A DNA stretch of 63,430 bases, the filler included, from Octopus bimaculoides (taxonomy: Eukaryota): assembly GCF_001194135.2 (NCBI RefSeq). It is 7 parts of 6 records of this genome, joined end to end, with 100 filler letters (N's around TTAATTAATTAA, not from the genome) between each part and the next. Parts side by side here need not be neighbours in the genome. Positions count along the whole stretch, not along the records: positions 61,198 to 63,430 come from NW_026436877.1; 6 more parts are not named here. The stretch is one strand, 5' to 3'. The translations under genes were made by a program, and so were the position numbers. Below, in pieces: positions 62,521 through 63,430 of this stretch (the first letter of the stretch is position 1; every line of letters starts with the position of its first letter). The notes below the pieces were generated by a model, which saw nothing but the letters and a program-made list of their open reading frames with translations, did not search any database and was not told where the DNA came from.

Positions 62521-62939
62521 TGATCTGGGATCTCAGGGGCAGGGGACGGAGTTAATATGTACATGTAGTGGTAGGGACTGATAAGGTTCTGTGGCGGCGA
62601 GGGGTTGGGGGAGGAGGGGTTGCTTACAGCAACAAACTATGACCTCTCCCCTCTCTTCCCCTCCGTCCATGCCATTCACAACAGGGAAACATCTGAAGGA
62701 TTTCTCATAAGGCTCTTTCGAAAATCATCGACCATAAAAAAAAAATCTCACAAAAAAACCCCTCATACCCGTCCACCACCACCACTATCATTTCTCGCTA
62801 CTGTCCTAGAAAAAAGGGGGTGAGCAAGGGGCTGGTTGGGAGTAAAGGTGGGAGGGAGGGAGTGAAAAGGGTGGGAGAGTACTAAAGAATATTTTAAAAT
62901 TCCTTTTTTGTTGTCCTGTTTGTCGTTTCCTTGCATCAA

Positions 62940-63298
62940 CTATTTATTATTATTGTCATCAGCATCATCATCGTTACTACTACTACTACTGCTATTATTA
63001 TTATTATTGTTGTTTTTTTCGTTTTCTTATAAATATTAAGATTATTATTATTATTACCACTACTACTACTACAACTACTACTACTACTACTATTATTTTC
63101 ATCATCATCATCTTCATCATCATCATCGCCATCATCATCGCCATCATCATCATCGTCATCATCATCTTCATCATCATCATCATCATCATCATCGCCATCA
63201 TCATCATCATCACCATCACCATCGCCATCATCATCGCCATCATCATCATCGTCATCGTCATCATCATCGTCATCATCATCATCGTCATCATCTTCATC

Positions 63299-63329
<31 letters not shown>

Positions 63330-63430
63330 CCATCATCATCGCCATCATCATCGCCATCATCATCGCCATCATCATCGCCATCATCATCATCGCCATCATC
63401 ATCGTCATCATCATCATCGCCATCATCATC
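62940..63430. repeat. Compound (TAT)(TAC)(CAT) array with CGC/CGT/CAC interruptions
   Basis: Read directly. Source of the poly-Met ORF. Confidence 0.95.

Overview
AT-rich, repeat-saturated eukaryotic DNA. The SINE families and microsatellite density suggest a coleoid cephalopod, probably Octopus (inference). Six identical 100-bp spacers (44 N + TTAATTAATTAA + 44 N) are artificial joins, so the window is at least seven segments whose adjacency is unverified. Almost every ORF in the supplied track is a microsatellite or N-gap artefact. The only convincing host coding sequence is two minus-strand exons (39454-39498 and 35977-36156) that splice in frame to a protein C-terminus ending ...WLKRIQFKLGQTEVQSAAATQFYTV*, which I cannot name. 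The rest is transposon debris: five Penelope-like element (PLE) remnants (two with an inverted partial copy at the 5' side), seven hammerhead-ribozyme-like motifs of the minimal PLE type (two sharing a non-canonical CUGU core), RTE and R4/Dong LINE fragments, a DD41D element with both TIRs, Tc1, mariner, pogo, piggyBac and hAT-like MITEs, Helitron/Helentron-type elements, several long hairpins and many SINEs. I see no clear new multi-gene system. The best leads are the variant hammerhead family, the long palindromes and the unidentified gene. All coordinates and alignments were read by eye.
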